The notes below the pieces were generated by a model. The model was given only the letters and a program-made list of their open reading frames with translations, was not told the origin of the DNA and ran no database searches. The translations under genes and the position numbers were made by a program. From a virus (taxonomy: Duplodnaviria > Caudoviricetes): DNA of 34,920 bases. Within the stretch, counting starts at the first letter, position 1. Each line of letters starts with the position of its first letter. The stretch lies in IMG/VR virus record IMGVR_UViG_3300044676_003044, positions 1 to 34,920 of that record; one strand, given 5' to 3'. Positions 17,701 through 25,955 of the stretch are shown piece after piece.

Positions 17701-17885
17701 ACCATCTGATCTACAACAGATGCCTGACCTTTGAATTGAGGATGCTCTTGATATAGGTTGGTGAGTTCTCTTTTGTAACGGTTTCGCCTTTCTGGCTCAT
17801 CTTTGAACCGATCCTGCAAAAACTCGTTATAGACTCTATTTACTCTTGTGGCCCATTGCTGATCAAACTGATTGAGTTTAGCCAT
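8739..17885 (-). CDS. Giant polyvalent-type virion/ejected protein (3048 aa) with zincin-like metallopeptidase, ASCH, Cys-His-Asp papain/transglutaminase-like and ADP-ribosyltransferase domains
   Basis: HHESIGH...EWLA (14427-14447); GEKSLESR ASCH motif; CGHCY...HWW...ILDPT; F..WF...YHG...GFYF...GYDG...FDPEQIKS; long helical C-terminus typical of phage internal virion proteins; last gene of the structural operon. Confidence 0.85.
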   Translation of the reverse strand: MAKLNQFDQQWATRVNRVYNEFLQDRFKDEPERRNRYKRELTNLYQEHPQFKGQASVVDQMVSDLLGQEGITGTLKDVGSDTVQQLGAAPTYLQESFGNMLSGLGTQDLDQAQKTQNLVPYEQIQPQYFQRPYQSELKSLYGQEVDRFELDPDQLDREGKLIPNPVEDRVRLPSQNAPIPRLPQTGGATPSETGQDKGIFEKILSPITSVGEMIRGEEPYSASDTRTGVQYYNERPLREVQTENGLAYRPNQAKEAVDKGGQELMDAFDNQIRMYGEAMTTPFRDELVGQTLIPEIKKFIMPYIKEAGQSLLEANAADMKRQPTPKTGVGEGIRSLLTSSAPLATAMATALITKKVPKYQWAQDPKRTAEVASRAALALTSIPGNIALLQSEARSGIDYHPTWKKYSTRFANDAEKNHEKEIILTRAAELIGDKKFLDAFQVLQATGSLPIGGFLGRVSFDTLVEGAEEGYADTPIVATMLNMAMAERLAMKAPELLTSETLTTNRWEWAKENPVAQDKATELGLYGGVVTAAPITTVEMMIENKPRLGGLEDIKQMTNKIFESIQTLPTNNNAPAQSLVNQPEFKNTIISIQDKIENNQELDAKERKILKWYNSLDESIILRDDLGDTSPRTQTDILAAPEQELADGVGSEFDYYKNLQQQAERNPAEQPTQTEPTSTTVSLSSNQQPNPADKPLSVTAQKRMAREMKKLQDKEAQLKEQEDSLRQVYNDEILRRLGIEPQPKPPAETPAETPAAYEEGDAFNPVDNQQEQAERDAERDAQIQMLRENLQDLRSRMEFEAAPPSPIQQVDEQINDQFYEDITQPISDVDNLPLENLPAPPAQFDPRTRGQKTADAQARQEASLNLQPEFLEQEAETTRQRNAFAQTDFTDEQYSESLNYDDLAGELGDVPATNQTPVQGETTAQAQARQEAAIAEGQTDFAQTDFTDEQYQQPLDYESISGELGEVPATDAPLDLSEPVSGTFRRQTFDSEIAQDQENQALVQEIVDKAETEQMMDQASPIDDLGRDASTVFDVELTPENTKKSEVLNGITVNPDTKRGQEVLKQRELEVLKDIMKQYFPNASDVVVLETMEDLKKLVTIPDTATGVEGATVSTDGGKTFTVYLIGENLKGTDLRSAVEKGVKIYHHESIGHAGIQTMLGPQKFQRFANKLYNRRQAEIDAFIEQRYPNGMPNDTPTERVREWLAQNFTENGVERLGFLDRLSVGLGLSGETSDRGIKRRYQKIYDNLAKGRKPDLISYNRRDVQGQEDESEKEAAPTTTTVDQATAEAPASETTTSTVDLQPIPEVPDLLPPTNQMIDAARKRLAIPDDLSPEAVDILRMQYDLLERQLNQMTGKAAFGSKAQRKILDSEKLLARRMIAEMTVLKEKLEQYGANPAVTEEGLAENPSTIYSFKSGRHSFYGKVVPTPTDKQLSQAKEKVKNIRDVDEYLETRKQIIEEVKPLVDELSSEQLQLPTNAKANKVREKLAEFLALQELELSGQVVIPDPDLKVGDTIRFEGKEATVVGFEDGQNEEVVPVVEDPETGDIRPVPRSMREDMGRTSETTVEVNGQQVEPATVLPQNKPTQATTPKNSVDNLKVGDTVTLEGQTKKVEDIKVNEYGMKFPVIDGRPRIPESVGFVQIDPDGPMISLSSNRNLPPNAPKMGINVRTDQQAQRSYADLIVDGEKSLESRNTDSLRPYVGQRMAIVRTGEGQAQAIGEVTVGEPQVVNQQQFRALQDQHLVSEGSTFDIQENGQKYLYPMENPVRYDNPAPVGRGIVARQVNPEASFSSNRQQTPDEMIEDIQEVLTIDLLQPRFREAAKKNKFCGHCYAASEALYHMMGAKDSGYTPTRAQDADGIVHWWLQDDEGNILDPTADQYYSIGKTPPYSTGRGGGFMSQNDEQGKQKPSKRAKEIIRRVKENKADQQVSFSANRAQTETPEFNNWFKQSVVRDTEGNPKVMYHGSKANIDTFDYSKSVMGQYGRGFYFAPNPEAASRYAEGTGSSKGESVYPVYLSVQNPIDLAAPVDTALWTELGDQLGIDIRPALNTAENPSNSYAFTNLNMKSSGMRKGSANNRFGDILRDFLKSKGYDGIKTGRGNYVAFDPEQIKSVFNKGTFDPNDQRISFSSNRQQTPPQQPQNTRDVESVRGVLASVDMFLDPKARLPHREELENLLQETRGKQTRIIESGRKFATVFMAATPDEQKLIKAFMENRNADPNLIPDRQVSGFWGGKLRLRQLTNRQLPTLREAAVQAKKEIEQIGLDLVRLGQISLETFKNRRGKYLPRVYLKYLLDESQSLFAGGANLQVSDQGYRKQLQDIDEQTRILFLGEIESPGYLVGRTLLQAGQDIAKMDFLNAVAQNKEWVLPDSQVKLNISNLVNDIITRRNLGQRLTQEGFPAATRQKADRRVSPEFLMAEADRIEEQILPTKKPGSAQEELVQAIANEYRKLGNAARNKIRGYDHKAYRQLPNSNRYGDLRGAYVRKEIANLVMGDPFFINKEAASSSPGVGWASDLERTASTFNSIFKWKMTAASPTAWMNNLKGNTGSMAFAGLPVHRNLDYRLRAGYEILRNGDRYQQYKDLGLIQTTFAADELGRMNSDFKTQLTPKERKLVYQNRTMNALRSTASFQTAMNILGRIYNTFGDIYQGLEIVDKLAVAMYLEDHGANIAGVPFLNQEEMSASDAMKEANKYLFDYSDVDPAIKKVRKSLVGAPFITWTYKQTDLLRKMMKDPQAMLRAASYYAMVYAYIVSQESELDDDEYEAYLKALPEYYDKHGMLTFPLPTKDENGRIQIEDLFYAVPHAYLYQFLTTAVDPKYGGWEAISDLGFFNHPLLKETMQQTANKDFYTGREISSKFDDLGTGIDKRFKHFRDTVMPSLFSPTSWERQLLETALQAMEMNPNLFGERANIFDYRGEQKKTFVQTINRMANPFNETIASPITSALGFSEVGRPIDLEGGLRFQIRDLQNYIRERAYNQEKNRIAFANDPENLRESEKEFQKEYRDLLKQIAELQKALANLPKLKENPEFTRKQQEARRRALGREKVAQ
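14980..15320 (-). repeat. Internal tandem duplication in the giant gene (AQARQEA / FAQTDFTDEQY units)
   Basis: Exact 33-bp repeat at 15033-15065 and 15204-15236; exact 21-bp repeat at 15090-15110 and 15300-15320. Confidence 0.85.
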
Positions 17886-19634
17886 CTATTCACCCCCTCT
17901 TTTAACAGCATCTTGAAGTCTCAGTTGCTCTTCACTGACGTTAAAACTATTACCCCAACTTTTGAAGAACTCTACGAATATGTTTGTAGTTTCATCTGGT
18001 TCTAAAGCTTCAGGATCGTCTGCAACCATTTGATCTAAATAAGTGTTGAACTTTTCTAAAGACCCAAATTTCTTGATCTTCACTTTATTGATGGCTTTAT
18101 CCACATTTTCTTCGTCTAGGTTGTACAAGATAGACGCAATCTCACCTTTCTTCAGTTGCTTTGAGCCTTGTCCCAGTGAATCTATCACAATGTTATTGAG
18201 GTCTTTCTCTAGTGCTTCGGCAATTGCATCCGTAGTTGTCTCTGCATCATAATCTGCAGTGCTAGCTAGTAAAGCTTTTGTTGTCTCTACAGGTACTAAC
18301 GAATTTGCACCGTTTCCTGTTGACAAGCTAGACATCATTGAATCAATCAAGACCTTTCTAGAAGGATCATCGGCTGGTATGTCCTTTAGGGTATCCTGAT
18401 AGATTTTAAGAAGCTTACCTTGTTTCTCAATAGCGGTTGCATTCTTATTTGCTTGCCATTCGGCTTTGGCAGAATCTTCTGCCACCTTAAATGTCTGGAT
18501 CATTTCTTCAGACACTCCTGCTTTTTCTGCAGCAGTCCATATATTTGTGCCAACCTCATTTCCGGTCAAAGAGGTGTTCTTAATTGCTGCAGTCATTAAA
18601 TTGATCTGACCTTTGATCTTTGCTTCTTGTGCAGCTAGATCTCCTGCAGCAATTGTTTGCTCATTCTTTTCTATGTTTTGAGCGTTTATAGTTTGAGATT
18701 GACCTCCTGCAGCTACTTGTTGCTGCTTAATAGCCATATCCAGTTGACCCATTTGGGAATCGTATGTGTTCTTGTTCATCCCACTCTGAACACTCTGTTG
18801 CATTGACTCCAATCCATACTTCGGGATTAGGTCTGCTCTAGATTGTCCGTAGTTGTTCTGCCAGTTCTGCAAAGCTTGTTGCTTTGCCTGATTATTATCT
18901 AGACCCTGTATGAATTGCAGACCAGCCAGTGCTGATTGACTGATCTGGTCATAAGTGTTGTTGGCAATCGACAATGCAGCAGAATCATTGACTAATTGTT
19001 CGCCAAACAGACCTGTCGCATTCTGCCAACTTGGTAGGGACTTGATCCGATCTGAGATCTGTGAGGCTGTTGCGTTTTTATAGTCGAAGTAGTTTGGATC
19101 TGTAGATTGGGCCAATCTAGCGGACTCATCAATTATCATTCTAGGTCGGGACATATCTGCTTTGATCTCATCCATCAAATCTTGTTTGGCTTGTGCTGCT
19201 GCCGCTTTGCTATACATCCCATACGCCTGAAGACCTGTGTTCAGCGTACTGCTGAATTTCGCCATATCACTAGGTTTGTTGTAATATGGGTTGTCTCCTG
19301 ATGGTTCTGTTCCCCCAACATTTGGAAAAAGATTCATGATCGTTGAAGCACCAGCAGAACCTAGTCCTGAACCTGCAATTGCACCCGATGGGCCACCATA
19401 CATCCCACCTACAATGGCCCCTCCGACTTGTCCGATTGTTTGTAGTGTCTGTCCAAAAGCACCGTGATCACTAGCTTTCTTGCGTTGCTCTTCCTGCCTA
19501 CGCCTTTCGGCTTCTCTTCGTTGGCGTTCTTCTTCTAGTGCTTTCTCTTGTAGATATCGTTGTGTTTGGTTGGAGATCACTTGGCTATACAACTGTGCGC
19601 CTAACGTATCCCCTACACTGAATCGATTAGCCAT
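17886..19634 (-). CDS. Putative internal virion / DNA ejection protein
   Basis: Glycine-zipper-like hydrophobic segment IGQVGGAIVGGMYGGPSGAIAGSGLG, Q/A-rich helical body, position between the tail genes and the giant protein. Confidence 0.65.
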   Translation of the reverse strand: MANRFSVGDTLGAQLYSQVISNQTQRYLQEKALEEERQRREAERRRQEEQRKKASDHGAFGQTLQTIGQVGGAIVGGMYGGPSGAIAGSGLGSAGASTIMNLFPNVGGTEPSGDNPYYNKPSDMAKFSSTLNTGLQAYGMYSKAAAAQAKQDLMDEIKADMSRPRMIIDESARLAQSTDPNYFDYKNATASQISDRIKSLPSWQNATGLFGEQLVNDSAALSIANNTYDQISQSALAGLQFIQGLDNNQAKQQALQNWQNNYGQSRADLIPKYGLESMQQSVQSGMNKNTYDSQMGQLDMAIKQQQVAAGGQSQTINAQNIEKNEQTIAAGDLAAQEAKIKGQINLMTAAIKNTSLTGNEVGTNIWTAAEKAGVSEEMIQTFKVAEDSAKAEWQANKNATAIEKQGKLLKIYQDTLKDIPADDPSRKVLIDSMMSSLSTGNGANSLVPVETTKALLASTADYDAETTTDAIAEALEKDLNNIVIDSLGQGSKQLKKGEIASILYNLDEENVDKAINKVKIKKFGSLEKFNTYLDQMVADDPEALEPDETTNIFVEFFKSWGNSFNVSEEQLRLQDAVKRGGE

Positions 19635-21769
19635 TATTTATTCCCTCCGTAAATGTCAATAATCCATTGCGGCACTTCATAGTTTGGATTTTGAGAGGCT
19701 TGTTGTTGTAGTGATTCTAGAATAAAAGCATCACTCTTTGTGCCTTGATCAAACTCAGTCAACGTATTGAATCGATCCGCACTTTCTTTGTCATACACAC
19801 CACGCATTCCACCTATAGTATCATAGGCTGTTCCGTACATTCCTGCTTTGTTCTTGAATAAATCGTTAGTCAGACTGATTTTTGTATTGAACTGGTTCTG
19901 GTTTGCATCGATCCCTTTTAGGCTCGTGTTCAGTACCGTGTTTAGACCCTGCATTCCTACGTTGGCGTTATTGGCTCTGGTGTTGTAGATCTGTCCGATC
20001 ATGTCTTGTCGTTGGTTTAATCCCTGCAACTTTACACCATATAAAGAGTCTAGAGCACCCATCTCCGTTTGTACTCCAGCCATCTCGTTCCCCAACGCAT
20101 TCCCTGCACCGGAGAGAGCAGTGGTGCGGTTGGTGAGCATCTGGGAACCTAATCCGTAGGAGTCGAGAATTGACTGTCTTTGGGCTTGTCGTTCTGATCC
20201 TGCCCTAGACATTGCTAAATCTTTCATTGCTGCAGTGAACGCAGGACTACTCGGATCAAGGCCAGCATTGGCATATGCTTCGTTCAGAGTTTCCCTCGCA
20301 CCAGCAGCACTTGCGTCTAGTTGATCTTTTGCGTCCTGATAATAAAGATCGCTAAGTCTGCTATAATAGCTTTCATCTCCTGCATCCCGTGCTACATCCA
20401 TTTGCTGATCAGCTACGTCTCCAAGTCTTCCTCGGATTCGACCAATTTCTCCTCGTAGCGGATCTAGCTCATCGCCATAGTCTTTATAAGCTTGGTCGTA
20501 TAGACCCTGTAACTCTGTCAAACCTGTTTCTAGGGTGGTTCCTGCCGTTTCTAGATCAGTCTGATAGTCCAAGAAACCTTTGCCAACTACGTTTCCTTCT
20601 GCATCCTTTCCGGTAAGAAATTGATTTAGTTCAGCGTTGATCTGTCCTGCGAAATCATTTTCTGGAGCATCAATATCTGTCAGAGTCTTGTCAACAAAAT
20701 CACCGTATTCATTGACAAGTCCGGGGGTGACCTTTTCACCCGTCACTGGATCAACTTCATCGGTTCCAACAAGCCGGTCTACAATCGCTTGCTGTTGGGC
20801 AATGGCTTGCTGTTCCTGCTCTGTTAGAGTATCGTACTGATCTGCCATGCCAGAGCCTTCGGGTGTCCACCGGTCTTTGTCGTTTTCTCCACCGACAAAA
20901 ACTACTTGATTATTCTTTTCATCAAAGGCGTATTCCTGATCTCCGACAAAGTATCTGCCATTCTCTTCCCGAAAGCCTTCTTCTTTTCTTAAAGCATCTA
21001 AAGAACTGTCTCCAACAACTGCTTCTGTGAGTTGTTGATTGACGGTTTTGGTAGGGGTATCTGCATTTGCAACAGAAGTCACATTGGTCGGAATCGTATA
21101 CTCACCAAATGTACCGTCTGGTAGAATCCCTTCATCGGCAAAGTTTTCGTTGATGTAGTTATTCCACTCATCTCCTTCTAAACCCTTAATCTCATTTAAT
21201 AAATTGGCATAGGAACTTGGAGAACCGTCTGTTGAATCAATAACTCCCTGAACTTGGTCATAGGTTCCTCCTTTCTCAAGAAGGTTTGTTACTAACTGGT
21301 AGTGCTGATCAAAGCCATTTGACCAATCATCAATTTCAGATTTTTGCCAGTTTTCCCCTTCAATATCATCATCGCTCCAACCACCATTTCGATCTGTTTT
21401 AATTAACGAACCGATTGTCATCAGTAAAATTTCTTTAGGAGCACTTTGAAAATAAGTGTATACACCTCCCTCACGAAGTTCATCCTGAAGACCACTTGCT
21501 CGGATAAATGAACGAAGTTTATCGTAATCCCAATCTCCTGCTACTGATTCTCCTGCCGCTTTTAATCCGAAAGAGTCTTGACCTCGACTTCCTTCACTAA
21601 TGACGTATTTTTTAAAATCATTAAACCAAGTCGAACTGACCTTACTCGGTTTTGATCCTTGTCTATGATAGGAGAGAATGGTTTTAAGTTTATCACCCGA
21701 ATATCTATTCTCTCGACCAGATAAATAAAAGTTAGCAGTTTTAGCTGATAATTCTTCTGTAGTAGCCAT
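19634..21769 (-). CDS. Putative internal virion / DNA ejection protein
   Basis: Long G/A/Q-rich helical C-terminal half (GLDPSSPAFTAAM), acidic globular-looking N-terminus, podoviral gene position. Confidence 0.6.
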   Translation of the reverse strand: MATTEELSAKTANFYLSGRENRYSGDKLKTILSYHRQGSKPSKVSSTWFNDFKKYVISEGSRGQDSFGLKAAGESVAGDWDYDKLRSFIRASGLQDELREGGVYTYFQSAPKEILLMTIGSLIKTDRNGGWSDDDIEGENWQKSEIDDWSNGFDQHYQLVTNLLEKGGTYDQVQGVIDSTDGSPSSYANLLNEIKGLEGDEWNNYINENFADEGILPDGTFGEYTIPTNVTSVANADTPTKTVNQQLTEAVVGDSSLDALRKEEGFREENGRYFVGDQEYAFDEKNNQVVFVGGENDKDRWTPEGSGMADQYDTLTEQEQQAIAQQQAIVDRLVGTDEVDPVTGEKVTPGLVNEYGDFVDKTLTDIDAPENDFAGQINAELNQFLTGKDAEGNVVGKGFLDYQTDLETAGTTLETGLTELQGLYDQAYKDYGDELDPLRGEIGRIRGRLGDVADQQMDVARDAGDESYYSRLSDLYYQDAKDQLDASAAGARETLNEAYANAGLDPSSPAFTAAMKDLAMSRAGSERQAQRQSILDSYGLGSQMLTNRTTALSGAGNALGNEMAGVQTEMGALDSLYGVKLQGLNQRQDMIGQIYNTRANNANVGMQGLNTVLNTSLKGIDANQNQFNTKISLTNDLFKNKAGMYGTAYDTIGGMRGVYDKESADRFNTLTEFDQGTKSDAFILESLQQQASQNPNYEVPQWIIDIYGGNK

Positions 21770-21770
21770 T

Positions 21771-22532
21771 TTATCCCTCCTCCGGTTGAGGTCGCATTCC
21801 TTGTTGTTCCAGATCCGCCAATGTCACATCTGTTTCTACGATATAAATTTTACCACCACTTGCAGGATTTGTGTGTGTGTACTGCAGCACATGCCCGATT
21901 GTTCCTGACGGAAAGTACGCTTTTTCAGTGGTTGTGTTCGTGCTGCTAAAATTATAAGTTCCAATGCTTGTACCGTCCAAGTACCACTGAATGTCTACAT
22001 CCCCCTTAAATGTAATCTGAAACTCTGCATGTGTGCGGATTCCTCGATAAAAACGGGGTGGCAACGCTACTGGTCTAGCCCAGAGAATCTCTGCATCAGC
22101 AGTCGAAGTACCTGTGTTATGTATGTGTGGGATGTAGCCGTAGGCTAAAGCATCAAAATAAACCCGAATCGTTTCAGTAGCTTCGGATGTACTGGTATTA
22201 AAGTTTTGAGCTTGAATTGTACCGTCTAAATAGATTCGTGGTGTCAGTGTACCTGTTCCTCGGAAACCAACTTCAAAGTAATGAAACAGTTGCTGCTGAT
22301 TAAAAGATTCAATTGGAAGAGCATCGAATTGAAAATTCTGCAGTCGAGTCGTAGAGGATTCCAAGTGTGAAATGTAGCCAACCGTGTTTACTGGAAGCGT
22401 AATCCTTCGACTTCTAAAGGTAGACTGTGACGGTAACTGTCGAGAGTCCACCTGTGATCCATCTACATTTACTTGGATTGTCGGTTGTTGTGCGTACTCT
22501 ACCCGTACTGCTTGAAATACTTGAAGTTGCAT
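21771..22532 (-). CDS. Putative tail-associated structural protein of three tandem beta-rich repeats
   Basis: Three units of about 85 aa sharing F...V.(F/Y).G....(V/L)DG.....(R/K).(Y)(F/L)P....G(Y/H). Confidence 0.65.
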   Translation of the reverse strand: MQLQVFQAVRVEYAQQPTIQVNVDGSQVDSRQLPSQSTFRSRRITLPVNTVGYISHLESSTTRLQNFQFDALPIESFNQQQLFHYFEVGFRGTGTLTPRIYLDGTIQAQNFNTSTSEATETIRVYFDALAYGYIPHIHNTGTSTADAEILWARPVALPPRFYRGIRTHAEFQITFKGDVDIQWYLDGTSIGTYNFSSTNTTTEKAYFPSGTIGHVLQYTHTNPASGGKIYIVETDVTLADLEQQGMRPQPEEG

Positions 22533-22533
22533 A

Positions 22534-23304
22534 TTAAAGAGTTGAATGATATGAACCGTTTCTATAAACTAATAAATTAGTTCCTGAAGCATTTGGAACT
22601 ATAGCCCAGATAACCCCTGAACTATTTGTTAAACATACTTTACTAGGAGCAGCAGAGGTTTCATCAAAACAACCTACTAGTTTTGTATAATACGAATTTG
22701 ATGTTGTAATAACACTACTTCCTACGTTCAGTACTTCGTTTGAAATAGATAAAGTCGATCCAACTTTGATACCTCCTTTTGTGGCACTAGATGCTGTAGG
22801 CAGAGAGTAAGTAAAGTAATTAGCACCGGATGCAATTCCATTTAACTTGGACTTGTCACTTGAAGACATTAAACCGTTTGCGCTAGTAGTTACTAAACTA
22901 TAAGTGGTGTTCGTGTCTGTTGCATCGACTTGATCTGTACTTGAATTATATGTCAGATTTGCACCTAACTTTAACCCACCTAGCACGGTAGAAGAAGACT
23001 GTGGAAGTGTGTAGTTATTGTACTGAGAATCATGATTATGATTGATAGCCGCAAACTGAGCACTAAAAGCAGAGACATCTGTTTCCGTGCTAGTCGTAGT
23101 AGTTGAAGTCGTGAATGATTCACTGACTTGTGCTTGTAAGACTCCAAGATCCTTAGAGTTAGTAACCAACTCTACTAGTTTATCAATCTGAGCTTGTAAA
23201 TTTCTGGTATTATCAAAGAGTTGCCGAAACGAATCTCTTGATCGTTGATCGGGTATCTCCTCAAAGTCATCAAGATCTACTGATCGAAATTGCTGTTCTG
23301 CCAT
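22534..23304 (-). CDS. Short tail-fibre-like structural protein
   Basis: N-terminal coiled coil; fibre-type repeats YTLP.SSSTVLGGLKLG and YSLPTASSATKGGIKVG; TTSANGLMSSSDKSKLNGIASGAN. Confidence 0.7.
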   Translation of the reverse strand: MAEQQFRSVDLDDFEEIPDQRSRDSFRQLFDNTRNLQAQIDKLVELVTNSKDLGVLQAQVSESFTTSTTTTSTETDVSAFSAQFAAINHNHDSQYNNYTLPQSSSTVLGGLKLGANLTYNSSTDQVDATDTNTTYSLVTTSANGLMSSSDKSKLNGIASGANYFTYSLPTASSATKGGIKVGSTLSISNEVLNVGSSVITTSNSYYTKLVGCFDETSAAPSKVCLTNSSGVIWAIVPNASGTNLLVYRNGSYHSTL

Positions 23305-23305
23305 G

Positions 23306-25735
23306 CTATGCCGCTAAAATATCGTATTCGGTGTCAATCCAATCTATCGTACCTGTCCAGTTCAGTTGAAGATCCCAAGTATCCCCAGCAGGTAAACCAA
23401 AGTCATTTCCAGCTACGGTTTCCGGTAAGTAAACTCTAGTCGGCTCTGTGATTGGTGTGCCGGATGAGCCAACGCTAATCGCATTTAGCACGGTTGTGCC
23501 ATCAACGGTTGCAGTCAAAGTTCCGTACCCAGAACCATTGATTGTAAAATTCCGAATCAATTTGATACTGCCGAAATTATCTCCGTCAAAGGCTCTTGTT
23601 TTATACGTCCAGCTTGATCGTGTACTGGAACCTTCCACGATTCCACCTTTATTTGTGTTGTCATTTGTGTCAAGCACTCCGAAGAAAAGCTGATGTGTCT
23701 TTGCCACATAATGCAGTACTGGAGAAGCAGGGGTTGTTACGCTAGCATCATCCCAGATACTGTTGACTTTTGTAATCGGAAATCCTTCAAGCGTGAAGTC
23801 GATCAGAAAGCCAGAACCGTTCGTGCGAATCGCATAGTATTTCCCTTCAAAAACTCCTGCAACTATCGGTGAAGTTCCGTCAAATGGATCACCGTCAAAA
23901 CGACCTCTAGTTAGGTTTGTGACTTGAGCACCATCGAAAACACAGATACCGGATTGGGAGATCCAGACCAGAAAATTACCGACTCTTTGAATTGTTTTTT
24001 CGTATCCTTCAATCAAACCTTCTGTGTCACTGAACTGAGTCTTTCGCATTTGATTTGGACGAGATCCAAAAACTTTGTATGCGGCAAACTTGGAAAAAAC
24101 AATAAGCGAATCTCTAAATGGGAAGATACCTGTGATTGCTTGCGAAAACTCTAGATAACCATCCAAAGGCCAGTGACGAGGGTTGTTGTAATCAGAAACA
24201 AACAAGAAAGTATCAGCTTTGTTCTTGTTACCACCGTATCTATCGGAACTTGTGTATTGTGTTCCGACTCCGAAAAAGAAGTTATTCCACTCTTTTAGAA
24301 ACTTCATGCTATTTGGTGGTGCAGTCTTTTCTTGATTAGAGGTTATAAATCCAGAAGACAATCCAGATGCAAAACAGTCGATGAAATCGTACCCTTCCTG
24401 ATTTGGAGTCAAAGTAGTGGGCATTGGGCTATTTGACTGATTTATATACCGAGGGTAATAACTATGATAAAAATCCTGAGTCGTTCCGGCTCTTTGCGAG
24501 TAAACTGAAAAACATTTAACAGTAGCCCATACTCCTGTTAAAACTTCTTTTTCAATCCACAAATCCACGGCATTAATCCACGGAACCCAAGGCAGATCGA
24601 CCTGTTCTAGAGTAGTTGTATCAGTATTGCTGATAGGATCAGTTCGGAAACCTAGTGTTGCGTGTCCACTTCCATTTACATTAAAAGTTGTTCCGTCTAG
24701 ATTTACCGGGAGGGTACTACTAGAATTGTTATTCGCATCTACGAAACCAACGTCAAACTGTCCACCAGACCAACACCACCACTTTGCCCGATAAGTTCCG
24801 TTTGAATCTAATCCTGTTAAGAAAAATCGAAGTGCTTCGTAGTAATAAGCTTGTTGAGTAATTGTAAGACTGATGCTCTCAGGATAAATCAAGCCAAGTG
24901 ATACATTTCTAGAAATGTTGTCATTTCGATAAAGCCTGTACCCAATAATAGGCATTGCAGAAACAGTGGCATCTGAATTATCTGAAGGAGCAGTGATACT
25001 AAAGTTTAGAAAATTGGGGGCATTATTAACATCTTCAACAAAAGTTCCTCGGGTTAGATTAGCTTTGACTGCCGTGTTGCTTTCAATCGGTATACCGCTG
25101 AAATTACGAACAGTTTTAAGATAATAGCCTGAGTCACTAAGAGAATCGAATTTACGATTGACTGCCCAATTGACACCCCTAGCTGAAGATCGTGCTGCAA
25201 TATCAGATGAGGCTTGCCGTGTAAGTTCCCGAAAAGAGTCATAAGACCACTCTGCCCCCGGATCACTGTAAACAGTGTTACTATCTGGATCATAAATGTA
25301 ATCGTAGAAGTCACAGGTAAGATCTACTTTTGCCGGGGGTTCAAAGGCTAACGCATAGGGTGTTGTTCCTCCGTCTATATATCGGACTAAGGTATCACCC
25401 CCACTTGCATTCACACGGGATACATACAGATCTTGATTCCATGTCACGAAGTCCGAAGCGTTTGTGACCACTAAATTAGCAGGGGCAGAAGTGTCATCAC
25501 CATGTACTGTATCTGAAGACACCCACCGTCCACTAGCACCAGCATCATAATAGTGTTCACCCCACGCACGATCCAACGGACTTGTACCTGTCGTGTCGAG
25601 TTTCTTTCTACCCTGTAAACGCACAGTCGATAGATCGGTGTCGGTAGCATCTTGACCCTGTGAGTCACCAATCATGTGCGAGCTAATTTTTAAATTGATT
25701 CCACCTCGGAAATCTACTAAGCGTTTTTTAGCCAT
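23306..25735 (-). CDS. Tail nozzle / tail tubular protein B-like (P22 gp10-like stabilisation protein)
   Basis: 809 aa; N-terminal DFRGGIN; beta-propeller-like C-terminal half (LFVSD.NNP.HWP, ITGI...DSLIVF, LVWISQSGICVFDG). Confidence 0.72.
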   Translation of the reverse strand: MAKKRLVDFRGGINLKISSHMIGDSQGQDATDTDLSTVRLQGRKKLDTTGTSPLDRAWGEHYYDAGASGRWVSSDTVHGDDTSAPANLVVTNASDFVTWNQDLYVSRVNASGGDTLVRYIDGGTTPYALAFEPPAKVDLTCDFYDYIYDPDSNTVYSDPGAEWSYDSFRELTRQASSDIAARSSARGVNWAVNRKFDSLSDSGYYLKTVRNFSGIPIESNTAVKANLTRGTFVEDVNNAPNFLNFSITAPSDNSDATVSAMPIIGYRLYRNDNISRNVSLGLIYPESISLTITQQAYYYEALRFFLTGLDSNGTYRAKWWCWSGGQFDVGFVDANNNSSSTLPVNLDGTTFNVNGSGHATLGFRTDPISNTDTTTLEQVDLPWVPWINAVDLWIEKEVLTGVWATVKCFSVYSQRAGTTQDFYHSYYPRYINQSNSPMPTTLTPNQEGYDFIDCFASGLSSGFITSNQEKTAPPNSMKFLKEWNNFFFGVGTQYTSSDRYGGNKNKADTFLFVSDYNNPRHWPLDGYLEFSQAITGIFPFRDSLIVFSKFAAYKVFGSRPNQMRKTQFSDTEGLIEGYEKTIQRVGNFLVWISQSGICVFDGAQVTNLTRGRFDGDPFDGTSPIVAGVFEGKYYAIRTNGSGFLIDFTLEGFPITKVNSIWDDASVTTPASPVLHYVAKTHQLFFGVLDTNDNTNKGGIVEGSSTRSSWTYKTRAFDGDNFGSIKLIRNFTINGSGYGTLTATVDGTTVLNAISVGSSGTPITEPTRVYLPETVAGNDFGLPAGDTWDLQLNWTGTIDWIDTEYDILAA

Positions 25736-25955
25736 TTACGGTAAATGTCCCAGATACAGTAGTCGGTGTAAAACTAAGAATGGGGGGTATCTGTTCAAGA
25801 ATTCTCTGTTCTATATAACTCTTGTAATTATCAGGATCGACAGAGTTAAGTTCATCCCATTCAATTTTGAAAGAACCACCACGATCCTGATCAATTACAA
25901 AATTTACAGTAAACCCAGACTCTAGTTGGGTTTCTGCAAAATACTCAACAGTCAT
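25728..25955 (-). CDS. Hypothetical protein
   Basis: 75-aa ORF overlapping both neighbours (ATGA coupling). Confidence 0.65.
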   Translation of the reverse strand: MTVEYFAETQLESGFTVNFVIDQDRGGSFKIEWDELNSVDPDNYKSYIEQRILEQIPPILSFTPTTVSGTFTVNG

